A DNA stretch of 64,000 nucleotides from Candidatus Binatia bacterium. Lineage in GTDB: Bacteria; Acidobacteriota; Terriglobia; Acidiferrales; UBA7541. A program made the position numbers and the translations under genes. The DNA is taken from NCBI GenBank assembly GCA_035517515.1, contig DATIYQ010000181.1:12747-76746 (forward strand), written 5' to 3'. Within the stretch, counting starts at the first letter, position 1, and every line of letters begins with the position of its first letter. Under the pieces are notes generated by a model. That model worked only from the letters and a program-made list of their open reading frames with translations. It made no database searches and had not been told where the DNA came from. Positions 8,703 through 20,987 of this stretch are shown here, piece after piece.

Positions 8703-10373
8703 GTGTGGCCGCGCAGTCTGGCAATCGCTCAGGGAGAACGTCTCATCCTTCGACCAAGCTCGCTCTTCTGGGTTTTGACCGGCATCCTGCTGTGCGCGTG
8801 GCCCGGCGAGGCGCAGCAACCTCCGCCGGTTCCCCAGGTGGAGGCGGTTTCTCCCGTCTCCGTGGAGCAAAGCCCCCAGCTTTTCGCGGCCATCTGTGCC
8901 GCTTATGCGGGGGGCTTTCCCGTGGACCCTCCGGAGAATCAGGCCTCGCTTCGAATCGCCGTGCTCCGCGAGCTGGATCGCCGCGGAGCGTTTTCTACTT
9001 CTCCCGGTCCGGCACTCGGCGCTCTCCGGGAGTTTTATCGCCGGCATGAGTCGGCCGACCGGGGCGCCACGCTGGCCCGATACGTTTCCTACGGGTTGGT
9101 GGCGGGTCCGCCTCCGCGTTTCGCGCTCGCGCAGCCCACGGAAGACGTGCCTCCCGACGCGATGGCGCTGGAGGGTTTCAGCGAAATTCTGGCAGCCTGG
9201 TTCCAGGAGGAGCACCTCGAGGAGCTCTACCAGCGCGCCAAGCCCGCCTATGAGAGGCAGGCGCGCGAGCTCGCGCGCACGCTCGGCCAAATCACCCTGC
9301 TGGAGACGGGCTACATCCGGGAAATTCTGTCACCATCGCTCAGTCGAACGTTCAGGGTGTATGCCGAGCCGCTGGTCGGCGCGCGGAGCAACTTCCGCAA
9401 CTATGGCGGCAGTTTTTTGCTGGTGGTGGATCCCCAGCGCGATTCGGCGCCAGAGGCCATCCGCCACGCCCTGCTGCATTTCCTGCTCGATGGCGTGGCC
9501 ATGACCCACCGTCCTCCCCTGGAAGGCCGCAAGGCCCTGCTGGATGTGGTGGCGAGGGCGCCCCGCCTGCCCATTGAGTATCGCGAGGATATCGTGGCCC
9601 TGGCGGATGAATGCCTGGTCAAGGCAGTGGAACTGCGCATTCAAAAGCTCCCGAAAGAACGGGCTCAGGCCGCGCTGGACGCCGCGGAGGCCGATGGCTT
9701 TGTCCTGATTCGTCCCATGTACGCCAGCCTGGAGACCTACGAAAAAGGCGAAGACAAGCTCAGCGTGTTTTACGCGGCGTACATTCAGAAAATCAATCTG
9801 GTTGCGGAAGCCAAGCGCCTGGCCAGCGTAAAGTTTGCCGCGCTGGAGGAGCCTCCCGCCGCCGAAACGGCGATGACTGCTGAGCCGCAACCCGCGCCGC
9901 TCAGCGAACTGGACCAATGGCTCATTACGGGCGAAGGACAATTGGCCGAGAAAAACACCAAAGCCGCCCGGGCCACCTTTGAGCGCATCCTCGAAAAATA
10001 TCCCAATCTTCCGCGCGCGCAGTATGGCCTGGCGGTGTGTGTGATCGTGGATGGAGAAGAGGACCGCGGCAAGGCGCTGCTGGAACAGGTGGTCTCCGAA
10101 CTCACCCAGCCGGGGAGCGCCCCAGCCTCCCGCGGTACCACTTTGGCCGGCGCGCCGGGGCCCGCGCTCCCGGCTTCCGCGCGCGATGATCCGCAGACCC
10201 TCGCCTGGGCCCACATCTGGCTCGGCCGCATTTACGACCAGCGAGGACTTCACGACACGGCGGGAGTAGAATACAGGGCGGCTCTTGCGGTGAAGGGCGC
10301 GCCTCAGCCGGTACTCGACGCCGCGCAGCGCGGGTTGGCCGAAGAGAAATCCCGGAAAGGCTCCCGTCCCTAG
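8703..10373 (+). CDS. Secreted hypothetical protein with C-terminal TPR-like repeats
   Basis: Tracked 556 aa ORF (GTG start) with a signal-like N-terminus (LFWVLTGILLCAWPGEAQQ). TPR-like helices occur near the C-terminus (AARATFERILEKYPNLPRAQYGLAVC; AHIWLGRIYDQRGLHDTAGVEYRAALAV). Codon third positions are GC-rich, as in neighbouring genes. Confidence 0.65.
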   Translation: MWPRSLAIAQGERLILRPSSLFWVLTGILLCAWPGEAQQPPPVPQVEAVSPVSVEQSPQLFAAICAAYAGGFPVDPPENQASLRIAVLRELDRRGAFSTSPGPALGALREFYRRHESADRGATLARYVSYGLVAGPPPRFALAQPTEDVPPDAMALEGFSEILAAWFQEEHLEELYQRAKPAYERQARELARTLGQITLLETGYIREILSPSLSRTFRVYAEPLVGARSNFRNYGGSFLLVVDPQRDSAPEAIRHALLHFLLDGVAMTHRPPLEGRKALLDVVARAPRLPIEYREDIVALADECLVKAVELRIQKLPKERAQAALDAAEADGFVLIRPMYASLETYEKGEDKLSVFYAAYIQKINLVAEAKRLASVKFAALEEPPAAETAMTAEPQPAPLSELDQWLITGEGQLAEKNTKAARATFERILEKYPNLPRAQYGLAVCVIVDGEEDRGKALLEQVVSELTQPGSAPASRGTTLAGAPGPALPASARDDPQTLAWAHIWLGRIYDQRGLHDTAGVEYRAALAVKGAPQPVLDAAQRGLAEEKSRKGSRP

Positions 10374-10434
10374 CCGCGCCGGAGCCAGGCTCAGGGAATT
10401 CTCTGCACGAAATCTTGTATTTGGGGAGCATTCC

Positions 10435-11343
10435 ATGCGCAATCGAAGGATTCTTCTCCGAGAGGCCACAGCCATGGCTTCCGCGCTGGGCATGGCGGTA
10501 GTATTGATGGCGGCTCTTGTGGCAAAGGCCGGGCCTGGGCCCCAGCAAAAGCCGCCGGCCTCCGCATCGCAGCCGTCTGTCGCTCCCCAGGCACAGCCTC
10601 AGCCAGCCCCTGCCCCCCAGCCGGTGGGGACGCCGGAACCGCCACCGGTGAGCAAGGAGGAAGCCGACGCGTTTCAGGCATTCACCCAATTACAGAATCA
10701 GGATGGCCCGCAAATCATCTCGCAGGGCCAGGCGTTTCTCGGCAAGTACGCGCTCAGCACGTATCGTCCGGTGGTGTACGCGAAGGTGGTTGTTGCCTAC
10801 CTCAACGCAGGCCAGTTGGAGAAGCTGGCCTCCACCGGGCAGGCGGCTCTCGCTGAGGACCCCAATAACCTGCCGGTGCTTGCGATGATGGCCGCCACTC
10901 TCCCGCGGATTAACCCGCAGGGGTTGGATGCCGCGCAGCGCCTGGACCTGGCGGAACGATGTGCCCGCCGCGCCCTGCAGCTGGGTTCGGCCATGACCAA
11001 ACCGGAAGGATTGCAGCAGGAGCAATTCGAACGCGCCAGGGATGAACAGCTGGGAATGGCGCACTCCGGACTCGGGATCGTTTATTACCGCCGAGGAGAT
11101 ACCGCCGCTTCCGTTTCCGAGCTGGACTTGGCCACCAAATTGGACCCCGCGCACGATCCCATCGATTTTTATCTTCTCGGTGATGGGCAAATGAAACTGA
11201 AAAAGTACCCGGAGGCCGCCACCGCGTTTGACCATTGCGCCCGGGCACAGTGGAGCAGCGATTGGCAGGAGCGCTGCAGGGTGGCCCAGGCGGCTGCGGA
11301 AAAGGCTGCGGCCGGGCCGCCATCGCGCGGCGCGAAGCCCTAA
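10435..11343 (+). CDS. Secreted TPR-repeat protein with a Pro/Gln-rich linker
   Basis: Tracked 302 aa ORF with a signal/anchor (MASALGMAVVLMAALVA). A low-complexity PQQKPPASASQPSVAPQAQPQPAPAPQP stretch follows, then TPR-like repeats (GIVYYRRGDTAASVSELDLATKLDP). Confidence 0.7.
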   Translation: MRNRRILLREATAMASALGMAVVLMAALVAKAGPGPQQKPPASASQPSVAPQAQPQPAPAPQPVGTPEPPPVSKEEADAFQAFTQLQNQDGPQIISQGQAFLGKYALSTYRPVVYAKVVVAYLNAGQLEKLASTGQAALAEDPNNLPVLAMMAATLPRINPQGLDAAQRLDLAERCARRALQLGSAMTKPEGLQQEQFERARDEQLGMAHSGLGIVYYRRGDTAASVSELDLATKLDPAHDPIDFYLLGDGQMKLKKYPEAATAFDHCARAQWSSDWQERCRVAQAAAEKAAAGPPSRGAKP

Positions 11344-11360
11344 GTCCAGCGCTCCCGTCC

Positions 11361-12092
11361 ATGCTCCCCGCCGACCGCGAGCAACTGGAAACGATTCTGG
11401 GACGCCGCTTTACCAACCCTGCCTGGCTCGAGCTGGCCGTCACCCATAGTTCGCGGCAGAACGCGGCGGAGCAGCGCGGCGCGAGTTCCGCGGAATCCAA
11501 TGAACGGCTGGAGATGCTGGGAGACGCCGTGCTCGGCCTGGTGATCACGGACCAGCTCACCGCCGTATTTCCGGACTGGAGCCTGGGGCGCCTGAATCGC
11601 GCTAAAGCGTATCTGGTGAGCGCCCGCTCACTCGCCGTGGTTGCCCGCCGGCTGGAGCTGGGACGCTTTCTGCAGCTCGGACCCGGTGAAGATCGCACCG
11701 GCGGCCGCGAGAAAATGAATTTGCTCGCCGATGCCTACGAAGCGGTGGTGGCCGCGGTCTTTCGCGATGCGGGGCTGGAGGGCGCACGCTCATTTGTGCT
11801 GCATACGCTTTGGGAACCGGCTCTGGAGGCCGGCACCGGTTTGCTGGGCCAGCCGGACGCCAAGAGCGCCCTGCAAGAGCAACTTCGCAGCAGGCATCTG
11901 GATGCGGCGTCGTATCGGCTGATCAGCTCCTCTGGCCCTGAGCACCGCCGCACGTTTCGCGTTGAAGTGCTGGTGGGCGGGCGCCCGCTGGCGGCGGCGG
12001 AAGGCCACACCAAGAAGCAGGCGGAGTTGGAAGCGGCCCGCCTTGGGCTTTCTGAGCTGGAACTGCGGCCGCCAGACCGAGTGAGGGAGTGA
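11361..12092 (+). CDS. rnc: Ribonuclease III
   Basis: In-frame ATG at 11361 within tracked ORF 11235..12092. The RNase III signature is NERLEMLGDAVL, and a C-terminal dsRBD is present (GPEHRRTFRVEVLVGGRPLAAAEGHTKKQAELEAA). Confidence 0.9.
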   Translation: MLPADREQLETILGRRFTNPAWLELAVTHSSRQNAAEQRGASSAESNERLEMLGDAVLGLVITDQLTAVFPDWSLGRLNRAKAYLVSARSLAVVARRLELGRFLQLGPGEDRTGGREKMNLLADAYEAVVAAVFRDAGLEGARSFVLHTLWEPALEAGTGLLGQPDAKSALQEQLRSRHLDAASYRLISSSGPEHRRTFRVEVLVGGRPLAAAEGHTKKQAELEAARLGLSELELRPPDRVRE

Positions 12093-12103
12093 GGCGCCGC
12101 CGA

Positions 12104-12904
12104 ATGGCACAAACTTCCGCCCCCGCCACCACGGCTCCGGCCCAGTCCCGCCCGGCGCCGGCACCCTCGGTGGTGCTCGAGTATGCGGAATCGCTGCTGG
12201 TCACGGTCATCCTCGCGCTGTTTTTCACCAGCTTTATCGTGCAAGCCTACCGCATTCCCACGCCCTCCATGGAGCCCACGCTTTTTGTCGGCGACTACCT
12301 GCTGGTGAACAAATTCATCTTTGGCGGCTCGGGGCGATGGTACGAGGCGGTGCTGCCCTACCGGCCCGTCCGCCGCGGCGACATTATTGTCTTCAAGTTT
12401 CCCTTCGCGGATCACTCCAACTATGTAAAACGCGCCATCGGGCTTCCCGGGGATCGCCTGCGCATTGTGGACCAGCTCGTTTACATCAACGGCCGCTTGC
12501 TCAGCGAGCCATATGCTTTCCGTCCTCCCGGAGTCTCTGAGCCCTATGGCGACAATTTCCCGCCGGCTCCGGGCCCCAACTCCTACATCCCCGCCAGCAT
12601 GGTGCAGAAGGAATGGCGCGCCGAAATGTTCCAGCACATCCACAACGGTGAGATCCTCATTCCTGCGCACAAGTATTTCGCCATGGGCGACAATCGCGAG
12701 CGCAGCTGGGACAGCCGGTATTGGGGCTTTGTGGATCAGGATGCCATCATGGGCCGGCCCATGCTCATCTACTGGTCGGTGGAGACTCCCGGGGAAGGCC
12801 CCACAGACGTCACGGCTTCCGGCAACGAAACCGGCCTGGTGGATCTGCTGCTCCATCTTCCCACCCGCACGCGCTGGAGCCGTATGTTCCACCTTGTCCA
12901 CTGA
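12104..12904 (+). CDS. lepB: Signal peptidase I
   Basis: Catalytic Ser box IPTPSMEPTL. Also RGDIIVFKFP, the Lys box YVKRAIGLPGD, and GDNRERSWDSRYWGFV. ATG 12104 is preceded by GGGAG; the tracked start GTG 12089 overlaps the rnc stop and remains an alternative. Confidence 0.9.
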   Translation: MAQTSAPATTAPAQSRPAPAPSVVLEYAESLLVTVILALFFTSFIVQAYRIPTPSMEPTLFVGDYLLVNKFIFGGSGRWYEAVLPYRPVRRGDIIVFKFPFADHSNYVKRAIGLPGDRLRIVDQLVYINGRLLSEPYAFRPPGVSEPYGDNFPPAPGPNSYIPASMVQKEWRAEMFQHIHNGEILIPAHKYFAMGDNRERSWDSRYWGFVDQDAIMGRPMLIYWSVETPGEGPTDVTASGNETGLVDLLLHLPTRTRWSRMFHLVH

Positions 12905-12916
12905 GCCTGCCGCGAA

Positions 12917-15526
12917 ATGCCTCGCAGCAGATTTCGTTTGCGCACACTGGCGGTCGTGGTGGCCGTGCTCGCCGCGGGGCGCGCGGCACTCACCCTTGCG
13001 CTGCTTCTTCCCGTGGCCCATCGCGCCCTGCGTGCCGGGCTCGAGCGGACCATCGGCCGGCCGGTAGAGGTCAGCCGCTTCGACTTCAGCTTCTGGAATG
13101 GCCCGCGACTTCAGGCGTTTTACGTGACCGTAGGGGAGGACCCGGAGTTTGGTTCTGAATTTCTGCTGCGCGCCGACCGCCTGGAGGCCGGTCCAGACTG
13201 GCCCGCCTTGCTGAGAGGCCGGCTGGTATTGTCCCGCCTCTGGCTGCAGCGTCCCAGCCTCAACCTGGTGCTCGCGCCTTCCGGCCGCTGGAACTACCAA
13301 GTCTGGGCGGCGGCGCGGGGTGTATGGGCGCCCGGCTCCGGCGCCGTTTCCTTGGCGCCCTTTCGTCTGGAGGGCCTCTCCGTGAGCGACGGCCGCATCA
13401 ATTTCAAGCGCGGGCCGGACAAGCTGTCGTTCGCCCTGGTGAATGTAAACGGAAGTATCGCCGCGGATTCCGCGGGCAGCTGGCAGATCGCGCTCCGCGC
13501 GCAGCCCTTTCGTGCCGGGGTCACGCTCCAGGATGCCGGAGAGTTCAGACTGCAGGGTCAATTCCCGGTTTCCGGAGCGTCCGCCGGTTCGCCGCCCCCT
13601 GTTGAGCTTTCCGCGCAATGGCAAAGGGCCTCACTGCCGGACGCCTTGCGGCTGATCCTGGGCCGCGACTTCGGGGTGCGCGGCAGAATGGAATCCGCGA
13701 TCACCTTTCGCGCGCCGCACCCGCTAACGGTATCCCAGGGAGAAGGCGAGGCGCCCTCCGCGGACACGCGCGCCCCGGCCGCCCATTCACGTATCTCCGA
13801 TCCGTGGTGGAGTGTTTCGGGGGTGCTGCGTCTCGCGGAGGTGCACCGCTGGGACCTTTCCCTCGGGCCGGGATTGCCTGCCTTGAATCTTTCTGTGGAC
13901 GGAGTCGGTTCCGCGGACCGCCGGCTCTGGGAATTCACCAACATCCATCTGGATGCGCCGCGCTCCAATCTCCGCGGCCAGGCCTTTTTTGACCGGGCGG
14001 ACCGGAGCCGGGCTTCTCTGCGACTGGTGACCGCTAGCATTCGTCTCGACGACCTGCTGGCCTGGTACCGCGCCTTTCATCCCGGGGTGGACCCTGGAAC
14101 CGCTTTGGAGGGATACGCGGGAGCGGACGTTGAGCTTCAGTCCTGGCCGCCTTCCGTGGTTCGCGCGGCGCTGGTGACCACCGGCGCGCGACTCACCCTG
14201 CCGCGCGCGGGCGGAAATCTGGTATTGCATCGCGCCGTTCTGGAGGCGGATCGCTCCGGTGCGCGGCTGAACGAGACCACGCTGGGCCTGGAAAGCGGCG
14301 ACGAGCCCGGCATCCGGATCTCCGCGCGCATGAACTGGGCCCCCGGTCTGCCGTTTTCCGCGCGCCTCACGGGTTCCACGGAGCACGTTGCCGCGCTCTC
14401 CACGGCCTCTGCCGCCCTGGGTCTTTCGTCTCCCGCGCGGCCGCTCCAGGTGGCCGGTTCGGCCAGCCTGCGCCTGAATTTCAGCGGCTCCGCGCGGCCC
14501 TGGCAAGTCTCCACGACGGGAACGCTGAGTCTCCAGGATGCCCGCTTCTCCGGCGGACTCCTGCGCAGTCAGCTCACTGTCGGCAAGGCGCGGCTCGATC
14601 TTCTTCCCGATCGGCGCCGGCTCCAGATCGCGGCAGCCACGGCGTTTGGCGGCACTTGGAGCGGAACGCTCGAGGCTCCTTCCTTCGCCGGCCCCTGGGA
14701 GTTCCGCCTGGCCGTGGACCACTGGAATCCGGTGCTGTTGCTGCGCGGATTTTCGAGCCAGGCGCTGGAGGACTCCAGCTTGCTCGCGCGCATTCTTCCG
14801 GCGCAGGCCGCCGCCACCGTGGCCCGGGAGGAGCCGCCGTGGCCGGGGTGGTTGCGCGGCGAGGGGGCCATCTCCGCCGGAACGCTGGCCGTGGGCCGTC
14901 TGGAGTTCGAGCGGTTGAAGGGCCACCTCAGCATTTCCCAGCGCGTGCTCGAACTCGAAGCCGCGGAAGCCACCCTCGCCGGCGGCCGCGTGCGTGGGGA
15001 GGCCCGGGCCGATTTTGGAGAGGTGCCGCGCTACGCCGTTCGCGCGGAGTTTGACGGCATCAATGTGGCCGCGCTCGCAGCGCTAACGGTTTCCAGCCGG
15101 CAATGTTGCACAGGGACGGGCTCCGGACAATTGGAGCTGGACGCTTCGGGGTGGAATCGCGACGCCCTGCTCGCCAGCCTGAAGGGCAAGGGAAACGCCC
15201 GCGTGCGCAGCAGTGCGCTGCTGACTTTGGATCTTCCGGATTCACTCGCCGGTAGAAAGGTCGTGCCGGGGCATACAGCGCTGGGTGAAATCTCCGGCGA
15301 ATTCTCTTTCGCCAATCGCCATGCCTGGCTGGACCATCTGCTGCTGGAACTGCCTGCGGGCCGGGTGGAAGCCACGGGGAATGTGGACTTTCACGGACAG
15401 CTCGATGTGCGGCTCTCTGCCACTCTCGCGGACAGCAAGGCACAGTCTTCGCGCACGCCGCGCATCCAGCTGCAGGGCACGCTGGCCTCTCCGCAGCTCG
15501 TGCCGGCCGCAAACACTTCTCCCTGA
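12917..15526 (+). CDS. AsmA-family (AsmA/TamB-like) large envelope protein
   Basis: Tracked 869 aa ORF with an N-terminal anchor (LRTLAVVVAVLAAGRAALTLALLL). The rest is a long beta-rich, repeat-poor body typical of AsmA-like proteins. The family call is by overall look, not by a diagnostic motif. Confidence 0.7.
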   Translation: MPRSRFRLRTLAVVVAVLAAGRAALTLALLLPVAHRALRAGLERTIGRPVEVSRFDFSFWNGPRLQAFYVTVGEDPEFGSEFLLRADRLEAGPDWPALLRGRLVLSRLWLQRPSLNLVLAPSGRWNYQVWAAARGVWAPGSGAVSLAPFRLEGLSVSDGRINFKRGPDKLSFALVNVNGSIAADSAGSWQIALRAQPFRAGVTLQDAGEFRLQGQFPVSGASAGSPPPVELSAQWQRASLPDALRLILGRDFGVRGRMESAITFRAPHPLTVSQGEGEAPSADTRAPAAHSRISDPWWSVSGVLRLAEVHRWDLSLGPGLPALNLSVDGVGSADRRLWEFTNIHLDAPRSNLRGQAFFDRADRSRASLRLVTASIRLDDLLAWYRAFHPGVDPGTALEGYAGADVELQSWPPSVVRAALVTTGARLTLPRAGGNLVLHRAVLEADRSGARLNETTLGLESGDEPGIRISARMNWAPGLPFSARLTGSTEHVAALSTASAALGLSSPARPLQVAGSASLRLNFSGSARPWQVSTTGTLSLQDARFSGGLLRSQLTVGKARLDLLPDRRRLQIAAATAFGGTWSGTLEAPSFAGPWEFRLAVDHWNPVLLLRGFSSQALEDSSLLARILPAQAAATVAREEPPWPGWLRGEGAISAGTLAVGRLEFERLKGHLSISQRVLELEAAEATLAGGRVRGEARADFGEVPRYAVRAEFDGINVAALAALTVSSRQCCTGTGSGQLELDASGWNRDALLASLKGKGNARVRSSALLTLDLPDSLAGRKVVPGHTALGEISGEFSFANRHAWLDHLLLELPAGRVEATGNVDFHGQLDVRLSATLADSKAQSSRTPRIQLQGTLASPQLVPAANTSP

Positions 15527-15649
15527 GCCACAACGAGCGGCTCCTCGGGAAGAAAGACGGCGCATACACTGAAAGCCGCGTGCTTTTTTCCCAATCCAAG
15601 GTGTTTGGCTGGAGTGAGCAGGGCTCAATCGCGCCAGTCGCTTCGCAGA

Positions 15650-17821
<2,172 letters not shown>

Positions 17822-17854
17822 GGCCTCAGGGCGGCGCGGCGCCGCGCGCGCGCA

Positions 17855-20800
17855 TTAATCCGCTTCCGTGCCTGGCGCGGAGTCCCGGGCGCGCCCGAAG
17901 ATGCGGCCGGGAATCTCGGCCCAGGGAATGGCCTCCAGCTCTGCGAGGTAGGAGTAAGCTACCGGGACCACGAGCAGGGTCAGGAGAAGGCACAAGGTCT
18001 GTCCGCCGATGATGGTCACTGCAATGGACGCGCGCTGTTCAGATCCGGCCCCGATGCCCAGGGCCACGGGAATCAGCCCGGCGATGATGGAAAGTGTGGT
18101 CATCAGGATCGGCCGCAGGCGAACGCGGTTGGCTTCCAGGATGGCGGGGCCGAGCGGCATCCCCTCTTTACGCAGCCGGTTGGTGTAGTCCACTTGCAGA
18201 ATTCCGTTCTTCTTGACGATGCCCAGCAGCAGAAACATTCCCAGCGCGCTCCACAGGCTCAATGCGCGGCCGGTCATCCACAGGGAGAGGAGCGCAAATG
18301 GCACGCTCAGCGGTAAGGTAAGCATGATGATGAATGGATAAGAGAAACTCTCAAATTGCGCGGCCAGGACCATGTACATGAAGATGGAGGCCAGCAGCAT
18401 GGCCAGAAAAAGATTCCAGGTGGTTTCTTCCAGCACCTTAACCTGTCCGGAAAACAGGTAGGAATATCCGGCGGGCAGGCCCACTTCCTTGATGGACTGC
18501 ACGGTGTGCCCGGCGGCCAGGTCCAGGGGATACCCCGCGGCCACGTTGGCGTTCACCATCACCTGAAACTCCCGATTGTAGCGCCACAGCGTGGCCGGCC
18601 CGGCCCCGCGCACAATCGTGGCCACATTTTCCAGCCGCACCTGGCCCAGTTTGGCGGAGGGCACCATCATCCGCGCGAGCACGTCGGGATTGTCACGCTG
18701 CTCCGGCAGCAGTTGCATGGTCACCGGGTACTGTTCAGAGCCCTCCTTGAAGCGTGTGATTTCGTCTTCGCCCGAATAGAACAGGCGCACGGCATCGCTG
18801 ATGTCGGTCATACGCACCCCGATGTCCGCGGCACGCTGGCGGTCCACCTTCACCTGCAGTTCGGGCGTGTTCAGGTTCAGGCTTGGGTTCACGTCCACCA
18901 GGTCCGGGTACTTCATCATGCGCCCGGCCACTTGTTTGCTGATTTCAGCAAGCTGGCTGAGTTCCGGGCCGCGGATGACCGCGCCGACCGGGAAATACGT
19001 TTCTCCGCCCAGCACGGAAGGCAGCCGGACGTTGTAGGTGGTATTGCGGTACGTGGCCAGAATCCCGCGCACCACCGTGGCCAGTTGCGTGTGGCTGCGT
19101 TTTCGCTCCCCGCGCGGCACCAGGCCGATGAACAGGTGCGCATGGTTCGTCGGGCCGTGCGTATAGGTTTGCACGAAGGCCACTTCCGGCAGCGCCACGA
19201 TTCGTTCGGCCATCTCGGAGGCCGTTTGAGCGGTCTTGCTGAGAGCAGTGCCCTCGGGCAGCGTAAACGAGCTGGTCAGTTCCGCCTGGTCGTCCGCGGG
19301 GATCCAATCACGTCCCACCAGGCGGTAGAGCCCGAAGGTGGAAAGCAGCGCGGCCAGGCACAGCGCCAGGATGACCGGGCGGTGCGCCAGCGACCATTGG
19401 AGTGTGCGCATGTAGTACGCTTCCACCGCGCCCAGCAAGCCGTGAACGCGTTTCTTCTCTTCGCCCTTTTCCAGGCGCAACATGCGGGAACTCATCATCG
19501 GCGTGAGCGTAAATGCGATCAGCAGGGAGACCAGAATGGCCATGGCCATAGTCCAGCCGAAGGAATTGACGTATTTCCGCGCGTAGCCAGTCATGAAGGC
19601 GATGGGAAGGAAAATAATCACCAGCGAAAGCGTGGTGGCCATGACCGCCAGCCCGATCTCATCGGTGGCTTCCACGGCCGCGGTCTTGCGGTCTTTCCCC
19701 TTCTCCTGCATGAACCGGAAGATGTTTTCCAGGACGATGATGGCATCGTCAATCACGATGCCCACCGCCAGCGTCAGCGCCAGCAGGGTCATATTGTTCA
19801 GCGAAAAATCCATGGTGCGCATCAGCGTAAACGTGGCCACGATCGAAGCGGGGATGGCCACGGCGGCGATGATCACCGCCCGCCAGTTCTGGATGAACAG
19901 CCACACGATCAGGCTGGCCAGGATGCTGCCCAGAATCAGATGCTCCAGCAGGGAATGCACCGAGGCCTTGATGAAGTCCGAGATATCGTGCACCACCTGC
20001 AGCTCCACACCTGCCGGCAACTGCCCACGCAGTTCTTCCAGCTTGGCGCGCACGTTGTCCGCCACGCGCACGGTATTGGTCCCGGACTGGCGCAGCACCT
20101 GGATGCTCACCACCTCCTGTCCCGGAGCGCCCTTGCGGAATACGGCGGACCAGGTGCGCAGCTCCGCCGCGCCGTCTTCCACCCGGGCCACGTCCAGCAC
20201 GCGTACGGGAGTTCCGCCGCGCGTGCCGAGCACGATTTCCCCAAACTGTTCCGCGGACACCACTCGGCCCAGGGTGCGCAGGCCCAGTTCCTGCGGGCCG
20301 GTGATGATGCGCCCCCCCGGCGCCTCGATATTTTCCCTTTGCAGCGCGTCCCGCACGTCCAGCACTGTGAAGTTGTGGGAGGTCAGCTTTTCCGCGTCCA
20401 GCAGCACGCGGACCTGCCGCCCCTGCGCGCCGTTCAGCTCCACGCTGCCCACTCCATCCACGGTTTGAATCGCCCGGCGCACCTGCTTGTCCGCGATCTC
20501 GGTGAGCTCACGGCGGCTCATCGGTCCGGTCACCAGCAGCGTCATGATCGGGTCCGACTGCGGATCTTCCTTGGTGATCACCGGAGGCAGGGTGTCGCGG
20601 GGCAGGCTGTAGATCGCCCCGGCAACTTTCTCGCGGATGTCCTGCGCCGCGCCTTCGATATCCCGCTCCAGAACGAACGTGCAGGTGATGTCTGCGAATC
20701 CCTCTGTCGAGTAAACGGAAATCTCGTCAATCCCGCTGACCGAGGAGATGGCATCCTCCAGCGGCAGGACCACTCCGGTAATCACCTCTTCCGGAGTTGC

Positions 20801-20959
20801 TCCGGGGAGGCGCACTTCCACGTTGACGGTGGCCGGATCGGCCTTGGGAAAAAGGTCCACGGCCAGGCCCCGATAGGAAAACGCTCCAAGCGTCACCAGG
20901 AACGCGATCAGCATGACCGTGAAGACCGGGTACTTTACGCAGGTTTCGGCCAGTTTCAT
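17855..20959 (-). CDS. Efflux RND transporter permease (AcrB/HAE1-like)
   Basis: Tracked 1034 aa ORF with a 12-TM, two-large-loop RND layout. It starts MKLAETCVKYPVFTVMLIAFLV and carries the conserved GIVIDDAIIVLENI and GIVKKNGILQVDY segments. Confidence 0.95.
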   Translation of the reverse strand: MKLAETCVKYPVFTVMLIAFLVTLGAFSYRGLAVDLFPKADPATVNVEVRLPGATPEEVITGVVLPLEDAISSVSGIDEISVYSTEGFADITCTFVLERDIEGAAQDIREKVAGAIYSLPRDTLPPVITKEDPQSDPIMTLLVTGPMSRRELTEIADKQVRRAIQTVDGVGSVELNGAQGRQVRVLLDAEKLTSHNFTVLDVRDALQRENIEAPGGRIITGPQELGLRTLGRVVSAEQFGEIVLGTRGGTPVRVLDVARVEDGAAELRTWSAVFRKGAPGQEVVSIQVLRQSGTNTVRVADNVRAKLEELRGQLPAGVELQVVHDISDFIKASVHSLLEHLILGSILASLIVWLFIQNWRAVIIAAVAIPASIVATFTLMRTMDFSLNNMTLLALTLAVGIVIDDAIIVLENIFRFMQEKGKDRKTAAVEATDEIGLAVMATTLSLVIIFLPIAFMTGYARKYVNSFGWTMAMAILVSLLIAFTLTPMMSSRMLRLEKGEEKKRVHGLLGAVEAYYMRTLQWSLAHRPVILALCLAALLSTFGLYRLVGRDWIPADDQAELTSSFTLPEGTALSKTAQTASEMAERIVALPEVAFVQTYTHGPTNHAHLFIGLVPRGERKRSHTQLATVVRGILATYRNTTYNVRLPSVLGGETYFPVGAVIRGPELSQLAEISKQVAGRMMKYPDLVDVNPSLNLNTPELQVKVDRQRAADIGVRMTDISDAVRLFYSGEDEITRFKEGSEQYPVTMQLLPEQRDNPDVLARMMVPSAKLGQVRLENVATIVRGAGPATLWRYNREFQVMVNANVAAGYPLDLAAGHTVQSIKEVGLPAGYSYLFSGQVKVLEETTWNLFLAMLLASIFMYMVLAAQFESFSYPFIIMLTLPLSVPFALLSLWMTGRALSLWSALGMFLLLGIVKKNGILQVDYTNRLRKEGMPLGPAILEANRVRLRPILMTTLSIIAGLIPVALGIGAGSEQRASIAVTIIGGQTLCLLLTLLVVPVAYSYLAELEAIPWAEIPGRIFGRARDSAPGTEAD

Positions 20960-20987
20960 GGATGTGAGTGCGGCCTGTGGCCGGAAA

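Noticed and set aside
11735-13624. 629-aa minus-strand ORF spanning rnc, lepB and asmA
   Set aside because: It crosses three well-supported + strand genes in antisense. The product is R/G/P-rich and motif-free.
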